A stretch of 64,000 nt of DNA from Saccostrea cucullata (taxonomy: Eukaryota). This document shows, in pieces, positions 49,405 to 62,360 of this stretch (within the stretch, counting starts at the first letter, position 1; each line of letters opens with the position of its first letter). Location of the stretch: the NCBI RefSeq assembly GCF_032062105.1, contig NW_026939913.1, positions 1 through 64,000 on the forward strand. Direction: 5' to 3'. A program made the translations under genes and the position numbers. The notes beneath the pieces are model-generated. The model worked only from the letters and a program-made list of their open reading frames with translations. It searched no databases and had not been told where the DNA came from.

Positions 49405-52079
49405 GTCCGTTTGGGATATAATATCTATGTCTCATAATTCTTGCTTTGGAGGAATTGTTCCTAAGTTTCTTTATTATCGGTCAATGATACCCTTTTCTGC
49501 CATTCTACACCTGTATTTCACGGATGATATGTTGTGCAAGTTGTGTGACATTTTCCTCGGGCAATTCTTTTACTCCGTGAATTTTCACAATGTACTCCCT
49601 GGAATATTGTAGATTCCAGTTTGCCTTACTCATTGCTGCCCTGGCTAAATTTTTCAGTTCATTATTTTCTGTAGACATCACCCGCATTTTATCTTTTAAT
49701 TCCTCAATTTCAGTCTTTTGTGAGTCAATTATACCAATAAGAACTTTGTTTTTCACCTCAATGAGTTCTTCCATTTCTTTTTTGTGATCAGACAGAATTT
49801 CTCTTACTATTGGGCCAACAATATCTTTAACATTTTCCGTCTTAACTGTTTTTTTCCAACACTTTCTTTGGGGGATTTAAGATCCGCCAATATATTTCTT
49901 AAAGTTTCGTCATGGTTGGATTGTTTCTCATGTTTTTCATGTTCGCTCAAACTCGTGTTTACCGATTTTGATTTATTGGTATTTGTTGACTTACCACTGG
50001 TTGATCTGGTACTGATGTTTTCTGTTGACATGGCTCAGATATACAATAACCATACAAATTGATAGAACCTTTGATGTGGATACAATAGGAGAGTTTTAGA
50101 TGAAAAGTATTGAAAAGTAATCACTCACTCTGTCTCACAGTTCACACGACGCTCAACTCTTAGATATCAACCACTGAGCACACTGTGCGTCTAAAAATTG
50201 TCATAAAACGGCAACTGCATATACCTAATGTTTTTGTCATAATGTTGCTGCCCACATTACACAAGAAGACACACCAAGTGTCCACTAAACGTGCATACCA
50301 CACACGGCCATTACCGGAAGTCCGTATTCACGAAAATTCACACTTTATGTAACTTTATGAAACGGTCAAATTATTACGTTAAAGGTCTCGATGGACAGCC
50401 ATACTTTTGAGTTTACAAACATCGTCTATTACCTTGTTTAATTTTGTCATCTGACCCTGTTGCTGGATTATATCTGTGTATAGTATTATCGTAAATATCT
50501 ACATAGAGTAATGTATTGGTAGCACTGTCCCAGTGGGGCCCTTCCCCTACCGTTTTTAACACATTCTACAGACATGGCTCTGAAATTCAAATGCGTAATG
50601 CAAATTTTATTTACCTATTTATCAGTTTATTTATCTCAATTTTTTTTGCATTCAAAACTGCCTTGCAAAATATCAATTTTAAAATATTTTATCATTTATC
50701 ATATAAACATTTTTCAATAAAAAAAAATTATGTGCAATTAAAATTCCTCTTTCGCAATATTCTGATCTTTTTTAACAAGAACAGTGTTCCGTAGAATTGG
50801 AATTTTTTTTATCATGTATAGGCGTCTACAGTGCATACCTTCAGGTCCTTTGACCTACTTCAAGGTTGTGACTGTTCTAGCTATTACCTTACTTATTTTA
50901 TGCTTAAAATATTCTCATTCGTATCAAAATTAACTCCATTCGGTCAATTCACAAGAAATGTGGCACGTGCTTTTTCTTTGACAGTAAACGGGCTTTGATT
51001 GACCATCCAACCGTGGTAAAAATTTCACAAATTGATTAACATATCAATCATCGATTGGATGTTTGATTTGAATGAAATCAATACTACTTTGCATATAAAA
51101 AAAAACAGAATCCAACAATTCCCCGATAACACTGACCAATCGTATTGAATGATTGTTTACCAGCGCGGCATTTGTAGTCACCGGCAACATGTGGTCAGTC
51201 TTTGAAGCCTGTTCACTGTCTAGCAAAATGCACGTGTCATATTTCTTGTGATTTGACAGAATGGAGTTAATTTTGATACGAAAGAGAATATTTAAAGCAT
51301 GAAATAAGTAAGGCTATACTTTGAAACTATTATAATAATATATTATATTGTATATAGCGATCAATTCCATCATTATAAGGATAAACTCTTGCTTTGCCTG
51401 TCCACATGTGATTACTGTTGACTGCATTCTCGTAAACAATCATTCAATACGATTGGTCAATATTGTAAATGGTATTGCTGGGTTCTGTATTTCATATGCA
51501 AAGTAGTATTGCTTTCATTGAAATCAAACATCCAATCGGTGAGTAATACGGATATCAACATGTTAAATTACCACGCTCTGTTAAGCAAAGTGACACGCTG
51601 TTATTGGAATGATAGTATTAGTTTCGCTGACCTCGATTTAGAGGCGTACAGTAAAATGTGGATAACGACTGCCTATGCTGGGTCATTGTTGCACAAGAAA
51701 AATTGTCTCGTTCGAAACTTTTTACTTTCTACGTACGTATTTTAAATATAAATAATTTTGTGAAAATATTGTAATAAATCTTTAATGATAACAATACCAA
51801 ATGAATACTGAGTATTATAATTATATATGCGTCAGATAATAGGGACAGGAAATACATACAAATGCATACAGAATTGAATTTTAAAAATATCGACTTTATA
51901 TGAACCAATACCCTTTAAGCTAGTACAATATGCAGAATTTCCCCTAACAAAAGCTGACGTACAATTTGCAGTATAAAATACACGTGTATGTAATGTTATA
52001 TAAAGTTATTGTGGGTCTCTTCATTATATCATCTTATACTATTATACCATTCTGAGATATCACTGAGGCCTGTGAAATT

Positions 52080-53831
52080 TCATTGTTTGTATGAACCCTC
52101 TGACCAAACTGAACCTGACATTAGAATCTCTTCAGGGAGAGCGTCAGTAAGTTGGTATATGCTCACATATCCCGCCCCATGAGAAATTGCCAACTTCGCT
52201 GAATTCTCGTGAGCTATAACGTTAATCTCGCGAGGGTCATTGACGTGATAACTAGTATCATAACTTCCCAAGTGATCGCCAGAAGAAGAAACGATGTGTA
52301 TTTTGTTTCTTTTACTGTCTGCTACCAAAAGATGATCCCTGCCGTCCAGTGTAGTGCCAACAGGGTTCATAAGCGGGGCTTGTGGGCTTCCGTAATACGA
52401 CCCTCGGATTGATCCGTCACGTGCAATGAACAGAATACGATTCTTTTGCCAATCACAACCAGCAATGATACCTTGGAAAATGTCAGTAGAACGCGGGCAA
52501 ATGAAGTGGGGTCTTCGCTGTAAATCGGTGGCAATGGTGAACTCTACCAGACCATTGGCGCTGACAATATCAATTCTTGGAGTTCCGTAGGGCTGACAGA
52601 CACCACAGATAAGTTTAGCGCAAACCTTATCGTATGCAATGCTGGAGTAGCCCGTTACAGTTGCAATACGGCTTGACAACCTCATGATATTATCCTCGAC
52701 GGCAACTTGCATAATAACTCTCCCGCTTGGAATGGTGACGAGACATAAATGACGGACGTTTGTACCCTTGGTGTAAACAATGTCTGTAGGCTCTCCTCCT
52801 GCAAATACCATGACGTTAATGAGACGACCGCTTTCATGAAATAGCTTCAGTTTCCCGTTCCATTTGTCGGCAAGAACTAGACGGTCCGTAGGTACCCATG
52901 CTATCCCTACAACATATCCTTTGCTATCCTCGGGTAAAAGTGAGGGGAATGTTCTAAGGTAAACCGCATTCTTGTAAGGACCATTTTCAAATGGTGCTGT
53001 GGGCAACAATCTCTTGACTTCCTCTTCTTTATTGTTGCCAGATTTCCGAATCTCAATACTTCCTACTGGCTTTGTGAACACATCATCAATATCTGAGTTG
53101 TATTTGAAACTGACTTCCAATTTTGCAGGACTCTTCTTTGAGATGGATCCTCCAATATGTGATATGTGGTCTTTCATTTCCGTTAAGACCTTCTCGTATG
53201 CCATAGCTTTGGGTGCCGAGGTTAAGGACTGCAGATTACACTTATTCAGCAGTTCTTCCTTGTTTTCAATGGACCCCATAACTGAACGATTCCAAATTAC
53301 TGACTGCGAAAGGTCAAACTCCTCATCATTCAAGGCGTTGTCTAGCTCTTCCATCATTTCAGTTTCCTTATCCAGGAGATACTTGTCAAACCGTTTTCTT
53401 AAGTCCGTTATTTTAAGCTTAATTTCATTTTCGCCTTTTTTCTTCAACTTGAAGAAATCTCTTTCATTCTTAAATGCTTCAAAACTCGCTTCCTCTGACT
53501 TAACCCTCAATTTTTTCAGGTCGATAGACACTGCATTTTGTTGCGTTTCAAGCTCTTTCAATACTTTTGAAAGAGATTCAGTTGTCTCCTCATCAGTTTC
53601 ATTTGGAATTAGGGCGAAATCAATGAGACTTTGACTGAATTTATCATCGGGTAGGGAGGGTACAGTATCGAGTCCTTCTATTGGTTGTTGACATGTTGTA
53701 CATTTTGTTAGGCTTTCCCTTTTCGTAGCCAGACAGTTCCCACATACAGTGTGAAGACATGGTAAAAGTTTTGGTGACTCCAAACTGTTATGACAAGATC
53801 CACATACCAGGAGTTGTTCCGGGATCTCCAT
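52080..53831 (-). CDS. RING finger - coiled coil - NHL/beta-propeller protein (TRIM2/3/71-like E3 ligase, no B-box), 583 aa
   Basis: N-terminal C3HC4 RING CGSC...PKLLPCLHTVCGNC...CTTC, a charged helical middle, and NHL-like repeats (LVLADKWNGKLKLF, PVGTTLDGRDHLLVADSKRNKIHIV). Single coding exon. Probable 5'UTR intron (acceptor ~53874, donor ~54025). Confidence 0.88.
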   Translation of the reverse strand: MEIPEQLLVCGSCHNSLESPKLLPCLHTVCGNCLATKRESLTKCTTCQQPIEGLDTVPSLPDDKFSQSLIDFALIPNETDEETTESLSKVLKELETQQNAVSIDLKKLRVKSEEASFEAFKNERDFFKLKKKGENEIKLKITDLRKRFDKYLLDKETEMMEELDNALNDEEFDLSQSVIWNRSVMGSIENKEELLNKCNLQSLTSAPKAMAYEKVLTEMKDHISHIGGSISKKSPAKLEVSFKYNSDIDDVFTKPVGSIEIRKSGNNKEEEVKRLLPTAPFENGPYKNAVYLRTFPSLLPEDSKGYVVGIAWVPTDRLVLADKWNGKLKLFHESGRLINVMVFAGGEPTDIVYTKGTNVRHLCLVTIPSGRVIMQVAVEDNIMRLSSRIATVTGYSSIAYDKVCAKLICGVCQPYGTPRIDIVSANGLVEFTIATDLQRRPHFICPRSTDIFQGIIAGCDWQKNRILFIARDGSIRGSYYGSPQAPLMNPVGTTLDGRDHLLVADSKRNKIHIVSSSGDHLGSYDTSYHVNDPREINVIAHENSAKLAISHGAGYVSIYQLTDALPEEILMSGSVWSEGSYKQ

Positions 53832-54624
53832 TTCCGACCGAAATCGATTTCACTTTTCAATACATAAAAAATCTGCAAAAGGTAAAATCATTAACAATCA
53901 AATATTTAAACGGCTATTAGGACAAACATGAGGGAGATTTAAAGTCACCATTTTTATTTGTCTTCCGATCCTTAAAAAAAAAGAAATCTCAGATAGAAAA
54001 GAGTAAAAAATAAACATTTGTTTACCTGTGCACATCTGTGATGATGCTTCAAGACCACATAAAGGGAGCACACTATAAAACATGGTTGTGAACAGAGATG
54101 GTTTAAATTTTTCTAAATTATTTTATGAAAAATCAATATAACAAATTAAGATGATAATTTTCATTATATAAGACATTACAATATCACAGAAACTGACTCA
54201 GTAAATCAATTTTATTTATTATAAACTAATAATTGTTTAGGATAAAACAACCTAAACTAAGGTTCGAATTACCTAGAAGGAAAATAACGTTGGTACAAAC
54301 GATTGAGGTGGAACATATATATATATTTATTTACGTGTGCACTTACATACATTTTACTTAAATAGTTGTCATTCCTTTCACAACTTTAAATATTATGCAA
54401 CAATACCTACGTTTTGACGACGTGCGTAAGTTTTTTTAAGAAAGATTTAGAATTTTAAAAAGATCGCTTTAAGGTAAATCGTTGCATACTGCGGACAATT
54501 TAGCCAAAATTTTGAAATTTTATACATGTGTATAATGACTGGTTTTGGCTAAGCGGGAATGGCGTTCATGTACATTTATAGGGAAGGAGAGAGAGCAAAA
54601 TATTTAATTACAGATGACCTATTG

Positions 54625-54945
54625 TTATACCCCCCCCCGCTTGAAAAGCGGGAGGGCATAGACTAATCGATATGTCAGCGTCTGTTACGCTTTGGAGTAC
54701 CCATCTTTTATACACAACTCCTCTTATAGATCACTGAATAAAATTTGATGAGACTTTGTGAAGAATCTTTATTACATAATACCATTGTGCACCTCCTGTT
54801 TTACTTTCTGCATGATCCGACACACATTTTGGTTTACCCATAGCAAAACATGGACACTGCCATTATATTTTACATGTATATGGGAGGCGGGAGTATCATT
54901 AAGTCATTTTAGTGAGCTCAATGCTCGTAGTACCTCTAGTTTTGT
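54625..54945 (+). mobile_element. Short HINE-like element
   Basis: 5' hairpin cccgcttgaaaagcggg, a gcgggagtat subterminal IR, and a 3' gagctcaatgctc hairpin with a T-rich end. Confidence 0.45.
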
Positions 54946-55949
54946 ATAAGCATAGTCCACGTGGTCTAGAACGGGTCTCCTGAAGGAGATACGATATTTA
55001 CACAGAAATCGTAAGTCTATAAGAGCAACAATGCTACCATTTGTTAATTTCACAAGAATCTCATAGTATTAACAAAACTATCATGTATTTAAAACGTACA
55101 CTTAAATTTCAAGGTATCAGTATTTACATATTTATCATTTATGACTTTTCTGCTAACCTGGCGATCATGGCATTCCTAGCTAGCTTTGCTTCTGTTTTAT
55201 TTATATGCAAAAAGGGAAACTCGTGTACAGATATATATATTCGATTTTTTGTTTTAAGTGACGTATATAGAGAGGCAAAATAACATAATATATGATAGAT
55301 ATATCATAAATCGAAAAGTTAACGAATTTACTGCCCTGTAAGGAAGGCAGACAAAGGTTACCATGAATTTGGTGTCCGAAACATACTGGCACTTGAAAAC
55401 GTTTTTGTTAACGTTTTGTGACTTCAACTTATATTACAAAACTCACAAACAACGAATTGGAGTATGTAAAGGTAAAAGTTTTTTTTTTTATCAGACTGTT
55501 TTCAAAATTATTGGTCAATCTTTTTTAACTTTTCGGGATTTGAGACGTATGTGTATTGTTCATGTTTTCTGCACTGTCGCTCCCTCCTTTCATTTTTACA
55601 CATGTGCTGCACATGTGTAATAATAAACCGACGGAGCGAGGCAATCGAGATTTTAAAACTTGCTAAGTAATGAGGTCAAATACTTTCATGTTTCCTTTAA
55701 TTCTCCAAGTTTGCGGTATTAGTATTTTGCAGAGGCAGAGAAAAAAAAACAAATATTAATAAATTTGCCAACATAAATAAAGCTTTTTTTTTAGTGATAC
55801 AGGTTATTGACCTGATTCCAATGAATCCTAGCTCCTTGCAAAATAAAAATGTACAATTGTGGAAACAATATTAATTAGTTTTAAAAAAGTATTCCTATGT
55901 CTTTTCATGTTATTTCATCCATCAATGTTCTTTAATACCCTTGTTCATT

Positions 55950-57405
55950 CTATCCTTCGTACATATGAGCAGGACGACCTCGTACTCCAAGGCCCGTCAC
56001 TCTGAACACGGATCCCGTCAGCGGGTATTTTCCCTCTCTTCAGCTGTTGACCCCTGCACGCCACATGTCACGTAAAGCTCGTCTAAATTCTTCCCGCCAA
56101 AACAACTGGAAGAGGTTCTCTTGGCGGGAATATCAACAGTTCTCAGTTGTTTTCCTGCACGATATGCAAATTGTATGATCGATATGACTGACAATTGAAT
56201 ATTATTTAATCATCTTTTCTATTTTTAAAGATGGTTTCAAATAAAAATTTTAAAAAAAATTCAAATTCATATAACCTTCTTTTAAAAATGATTTACACTC
56301 AATTTCACAATATTTAAATTATATATCTTTAATTCTTAGAAAAGTTTTTTTTTCATCTGAGTTAACCTCTATCTCAATGTGTTTTGATAAAAAAAAGGAC
56401 GCGCAAAGCTAGAATTTTGCGACTGAGTAAAAAACGATATAAAAATTCTGCTATGTCAATGATTCCTGTCTTACCTGTGGTTGGATCAAATCGAACAATT
56501 TCGGCAGCACCATAAGACGCCACCTAAATTTTGTCCTCTGTAACAATACACATTCCATCAGGAAACCCCAGCGTGGGAATTGTCCCCATCCCAAAATCAA
56601 CGACCACTCTCTGATTGCCTGCAAGTTAGAACAAAATATATGAAAAAGGTATTGTATGAGAGCGAGGTAGATGCGAATTCAAAATACATTTTTATGGTAT
56701 ATATAATTTGATCTAACCAATGTTTAATGAATTTTGTCCTGTAATTGCAGTATTAGGTTCAGTCCACATCAATGCCTGACAATGATTATTGGTAGTTTGT
56801 TTAGAGCATGTGTAAATTAAACGTTTCTTTTAGTATGTCTGAGCGGTGTATCTACTGTAAAATATATACCAGGTGAATGAAATATTAATTAATATAAATT
56901 TTCGCTCTATTACATTGCATTTCTTACTTATGTTCCCAGTCTCAACATCATAATCAAATCCATACACTTTTCTGGGCAGAGAGTCAATGTAATACATGGT
57001 TTTGTTGTCTGCAGTCCATGCTAACCCATTGGATATGTTGATTTTATTTAGGCATGCGTGTAGGGATCCATCAACGTCCAATCGAAATAAAGATCCCCTT
57101 TCTCTCTCTGGATTGACTGGTTCCGATTCATATCCCATTGTTCCTTCAATTGGATGCAACATCAATTATAAAGTAAACAACAAAGACTGAGCATTGCTTT
57201 AACATCAAATACCCATCTCTCTTACCCGCCAAAATTCGTCCTCTGGAATAACATTTTCCATCATTAAATCGGTTCTTTGTTCCCTGACCAACTTCATGAA
57301 GTTTTGTCACTTTTCTTGAATTCCAGTCAACGTGTGACTGAGTGCGTCCGAGACCCACAATGTAGTCACCTTTCCTGCAGGGTACCACGAATCCAACACT
57401 GTCCT
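55950..57405 (-). pseudogene. RGN: Regucalcin copy 5, 5'-truncated pseudogene
   Basis: Exons 57405-57226, 57143-56928, 56618-56475, 56154-55950. In-frame TAG (W>stop) at 56526-56524, a 1-nt deletion in the last exon (~56030) and the change DGKCD>DGKCY. No exon 1 was found upstream. Confidence 0.85.
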
Positions 57406-57485
57406 CTGAAAAGAATTGCTGTTCTCTTGAATCTATGCAGCACATATGATTATAATTAACAAAACGTGAGCTAAATACACGTGTG

Positions 57486-58802
57486 TAAAATCATTTTCTG
57501 ATATCAAAAATTCGAATTTCTGATATCATAAAATCATTTTCTGATATCAAAAAATCTTCAGAATTGTATGATATCAAAAAATGTAATTTTTTATATCAGA
57601 AATTCGAATTCTTGATATAAAAAATATGTCATTTTCTGATATCAAAAATTCGAATTTCTGATATCAAAAAAATCGATTTTCTGATATCACAAAATGATTT
57701 TTTGATACAAGAAATTCAAATTAATTTCTTCATATCACAAAATATATTTTTTGACATCAAAAAATAAAAAAAATAAAATGGCGAATTATCTTCACATAAA
57801 TAAAGAATACTCCCTTAAACTGAAGAAAATCCCGAACTTCAGTGCCAGATTTGCTTTCTACTAAAATTGTTGATTTCAGATTTTAAGAATAATTTTAATG
57901 AAAGAAATAAATAAGTATTATTGATATTTTTTGGTCATATGTATTTGCGTGAAATTAAAATATATTGCCATGATTACTCTCTGGAAAAAATCTGAGTAAT
58001 TAATCTAAGTGTGCTTTAGGTCGGACCAAGACTGAGAATTTCTCTGTAACCCGTTTTAACAGCAGCCATTAGCTTTTCCAATTGCATATTTGTGTAAAGT
58101 GATGTTACATCACCAGAAAGTTTTCGTTGTGTGGTCGCAGAAGTTCATTCTTCATTATGAAGTCTGAGCTATCCATAAAGTTTGTGCTAAAGTTATGTGG
58201 AAACTACATGATTTAAAAAAAAATACAATGGTGCAAAATAACAACGGCAACCAGACATGTCCCAAACTTATTAGAACCCAACACATTTCGCAACAAATTT
58301 GTGTAGCGAGAAGCGGAATGCTCTTCATGGGGAACATTCATTAAGTCGATCGTAATTTTACTTAGTTCTTTTTTCTGATATCAAAAAAGTGAATTTCGAT
58401 TTCTTGATATCAGAAAATACAAGTTATTTTATGTTATCAAGAATTTGAATTTTTTATATCAAAAATTTGATTTCTTGACATCAAGAATTCTTATTTCTTT
58501 TTTGATATCAGAAAATGATTTTCAGATATCAAAAATTGAAATTTTTGATATGAAAAAATCAATTTTCTGATATCAGAAATTTTAATTTTTGAGTCAAGAT
58601 TTCTAATTTGTTATATCAGGAAATCATTTTTTGATATCAGAAATTCGAATTTTTTGATATCAGAAAATCATTGTCTGATGTCAAATTTTTTTTTTTGATA
58701 TCAAGAACTATTTTTTGATATCAATAATTCGAATTTCTGCTATCAATAATTTCTCTTTCGATATCGGAAAATACTACAAAAATATTTAAACGGCGCCTCA
58801 TA
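57486..58802. mobile_element. Foldback element with arms made of (TTCTGATATCAAAAA)-type subrepeats
   Basis: The left arm ~57486-57765 and right arm ~58370-58775 are inverted arrays of tgatatca motifs around a unique core. Confidence 0.7.
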
Positions 58803-59763
58803 CTGCCAGGGTTCGATAAAATGTCTTATATGAAAAATATGACAAATGAAGACTGATGCTCAATTTTTTGTCAACCGAGAGAAAAGTCCTATTGAAAATA
58901 GTTTGCTTTCAATATGCATTCAGCAGCGTATGTGCACGAATTATTATATCACGATCATCCCAATAAAGCAAAATATATTGATATCTAATTTCTCTTTTAG
59001 TTTAATTCTCAAGCAAAAATATTGATTATTAACTTTCCCAGCGATTTGGATGTTAAAAATATATGTTTGAATGTTGTCTCGCAATGGGACTATTTTGTTC
59101 ACCGGAAGCGTCTGCTTTGACGCTGTTTGTTTATTTTTTCTTTTGTTTACTGTGTTATTTCTAGTAATTAAGGCAGTCGATCATGATGCCTATAGCCAGG
59201 ACTTTGCTTTCAGCAAAGCCCGGCTAATAAAGTTTGTCTACACTCTCCCGTCTCCGAATAAAAGAAAAAAGGCTATGCATGAAGGTGCATTTTCTCTCTC
59301 TCATGTACTTTCAATGCTTATCAAAAGAAATTAATTTTTTAGAAATCATAAAAATAGCATCTTAGTGGTTAAAGACGATTTGGGACTGGCCATTTTTTTA
59401 GCCAATCGGTCGGTAGAGGGCAACCAAACAATTTTTAAAAGATTGACCATCAAAATGTACAACTTCTTAAAACATTATGCATGAAATATGGAGGTAACGA
59501 ACTGTAGTCAAGCTCAAAATTCCATTCATATTCCCTTTGGAAAAATTCAATGTTGTGGTCTATTTTCTGTAGGGGTTCTACACTAAAGTCAGATTTTCGG
59601 GGGGTGGGGGTGGGGGTTGGGTCCTAATGAAAAAAAAAGCTACACTGTAGATTGGATATGATTTAATAAAGTCTCATAAATAATTAGAAAAACTTGAACA
59701 TTGAATGAATGCATGCATGAATATCTCTTTATTACAATCTGCACAAAACATCTTTTTCTCTCA

Positions 59764-59984
59764 TTAACCCTCTTTGATTTCTCCTTCATAGATTTGTGCC
59801 TTAAAACCTTTCACACCAAGACCTTTAACTCTGAAAACAGAACCAGTCATAGGATATTTTTGAAACTCTTCCTTAGAAACCTCATGAGCAGAACATGTGA
59901 CGTAAAGTTCATCTAAATTCTTCCCGCTAAATCAACTTGAAGTTATTCTTAGAGCAGGGATGTTGACAGCCTGCAGTTGTTGAC
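59764..59984 (-). pseudogene. RGN: Regucalcin copy 6, last exon only in this window, with nonsense mutation
   Basis: 221-nt exon nearly identical to copy 2 exon 5, but TSCC>TSS* (TGA at ~59934-59932). Flanks 59340-60235 match 27856-28686. Confidence 0.85.
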
Positions 59985-61259
59985 CTAAGAAAGTTAAAGT
60001 AAATTCATTCATGTTCATGTATCTAATAATTACAAAGTACGATATACTCGTAAATGCACATCATATATACATATCACTTAAGTATACACACACTTACAAC
60101 CATTTAATATTCATTAAGTTATAAAACTACATGTATATTGGCTTAAGAAAAAGATTAATTCTTCAATATATATAGACTTTTCATTCTTGTACATTTCATT
60201 CAATAGTATGAGCAAGGCAAAAAATTTTTGTGAATACATTACACTCGTTTAGTATTGCGAATTCACGGATTCAGCGAAGTTATCTTGGATAGCCAGCTAT
60301 ATAAATTTAACGAATTCCTTGTACGGATATTCAACAGTGGGACGGACAACTTCGGAATGGACATTTTTCCGAACTTGCGCACCCTTTTCCTTTAAAGCTA
60401 TCATCTTAGGGTTTTTTTTAAATGGTGGGGTTTTTATAATCAAATTGATTTATGAAAAAAAAAATTCAACATTTTCTGCTAGTTTTTGAGATATTTGAGT
60501 TCAAAAAAAAAATCCCATGGGGAAACATGAACTTAAAAATACCCCACCAAAAACCCCACAAAAACCCCATGGGGTTTATTTTTCACCCCATGGGGGAAAT
60601 AACCCCACGAAAATCAATGTAGGTTTTTTAAACCCATATGTTGCTTATATTGTCATATGGGGTTTTTTCTCCCACGTTTCTTTATCATGGGGTTTAAAAT
60701 CCCATGTATTCATATATTTACTGTAAGATAATTCCTAAAAACTTGGTTTTTTTCTTAGACTAATGGATCATTAGTATCTTCTCTGTTTCTCATTTTATAA
60801 AAGTGGATAGTTATAACAAATATCTATTATTTTTCAAATTTTCAAGTATTCATTCTTCAAATTTTTGCTTATGTAAAAGAAGATTTATATGAAAACAGGT
60901 TTCTAAGGCAGTTGCCTCCCATAATGAAACATTCATCATAAAACTCTTCACAGATTATTTGATCGATGACAATTAATCTGAGTATTTAAAAAAATGAAAC
61001 AAGAAAATTTAATACCAACACAATATACACAATAGAAACCAATTCACAGTGTCCAAAGAGGGTCTCTTTCCTTAAATAATATATATTTATATATAGTTTA
61101 TATGATGTCTAGTTTGTGGATTTTTTTTAAAAATCTCCATTCCCCTTGCATTCACCACTAATAAGATTGGATTTATTTAATTCATGTGCAATATATCTAC
61201 ATATTTAATTAATGGAACTCATTCAGTTATATATCACAAAGTACAACTATTAAAATCTT

Positions 61260-62360
61260 TTGATTCACCCAAATATTTAAAAATAAAATATTTATGCCTC
61301 TTGGATCCACCACTTATGAGTTTAGATCATGACCACACATGACATATAATCTTAATGTTTAAAATCAATCAGCCATAGTCATTAATATCCTTGATACACC
61401 ACAAATATTTCTTTAAAAAAATGAATATCCACTCCCAATGGATCCACCATTAATAAGTTAAGATCTTGATCAGACATGACATATAAGATTAAAATTTGAA
61501 ATAAATTAGCCATAATCATTATTATCCTCTTACCCACCACAAATATTTAAAATAATATCCGCTCCCCTTAGATCCACCACTTTTAAATTAAGATCATGTT
61601 CACACATGACATATAAGCTAAATGTTTGAAATAAATTAGCCATAATCATAAATCATTAACATCCTTTGATCATTCACAAATATTTAAAAAAGATAAATAT
61701 CCACCCCCCTTTGATCCACCACTTATGAGTTTTGATCTTGATCACACATGACATGTAAGTTTAATGTTTGAAATCAATTAGCCGGAATCAGTAATGTCCT
61801 TTTACCCATCACAAATATTTAAAAATAATATCCACTTGCCTTGGATCAACCACTTTAAAATTAAGATCACGAGCTAAATGTTTGAAATAAATTAGACATG
61901 TTCACAAATCATATTAATTTAATATCCTTTGATCAAACACAAATAATTAAAAAAGATAAATATCCACTCCCCTTGGATCCACCACTTATAAGTTTAGATC
62001 TTGATCACACATGACATATAAGCTATATGTTTGAAATAAATTAACCATAATCATTATTATCCTTTGACCCATTACAAATATCCATCTACTCCCCTTACAT
62101 CCACCACAACTCTCATGACTATCAAAACAATTAATATCCACTTGCCTTGGATCCACCACTTCTTAGTTAAGATCATGATCACACACAGAAATATTAGCTA
62201 AGCGTTGAAATAAATTTGCAAAAATCATTAGTATCCTTTGATCCACCACAAGCATTTAAAAATTCAATATCAACTCCCCTTGGATCCACCACTCATAAAT
62301 TTAGACTATGATAATACATGACTTATAAGCTAAATGTTTGAAATCAATTAGCCATAATCA
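61260..62360. repeat. Degenerate ~135-bp tandem satellite
   Basis: ggatccaccacttat...agatc...cacacatgacatataag recurs at about 61303, 61441, 61571, 61713, 61843, 61976, 62150 and 62283. Confidence 0.85.

Larger units (their letters stand above)
45000..50160 (-). mobile_element. Decayed near-full-length Tx1/L1-clade LINE (ORF1 + APE-RT ORF2)
   Basis: ORF1 coiled-coil remnants at 50031-49505. APE motifs SRGVAILF, SDHSMI and GRGLWKFNN. RT-region motifs KSPSSDGFSAEFF, QRHGIITLLPK, QGDPLSPY and ADDT. Many frameshifts. Boundaries are approximate. Confidence 0.88.
39590..50575 (-). pseudogene. RGN: Regucalcin copy 4, disrupted
   Basis: Exon 1 50575-50433 is 143 nt versus 157 in copies 2/3 (14-nt deletion, frameshift, early TAA). 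Exon 2 is 43057-42878. Exon 3 is split (~42742-42720 and ~41093-40901) by a ~1.6-kb insert. Exons 40457-40314 and 39810-39590 are intact. A LINE lies in intron 1. Confidence 0.8.

Noticed and set aside
52999-53634. 211-aa plus-strand ORF
   Set aside because: Ser/Phe-rich antisense shadow of the coiled-coil region of the TRIM-like gene.
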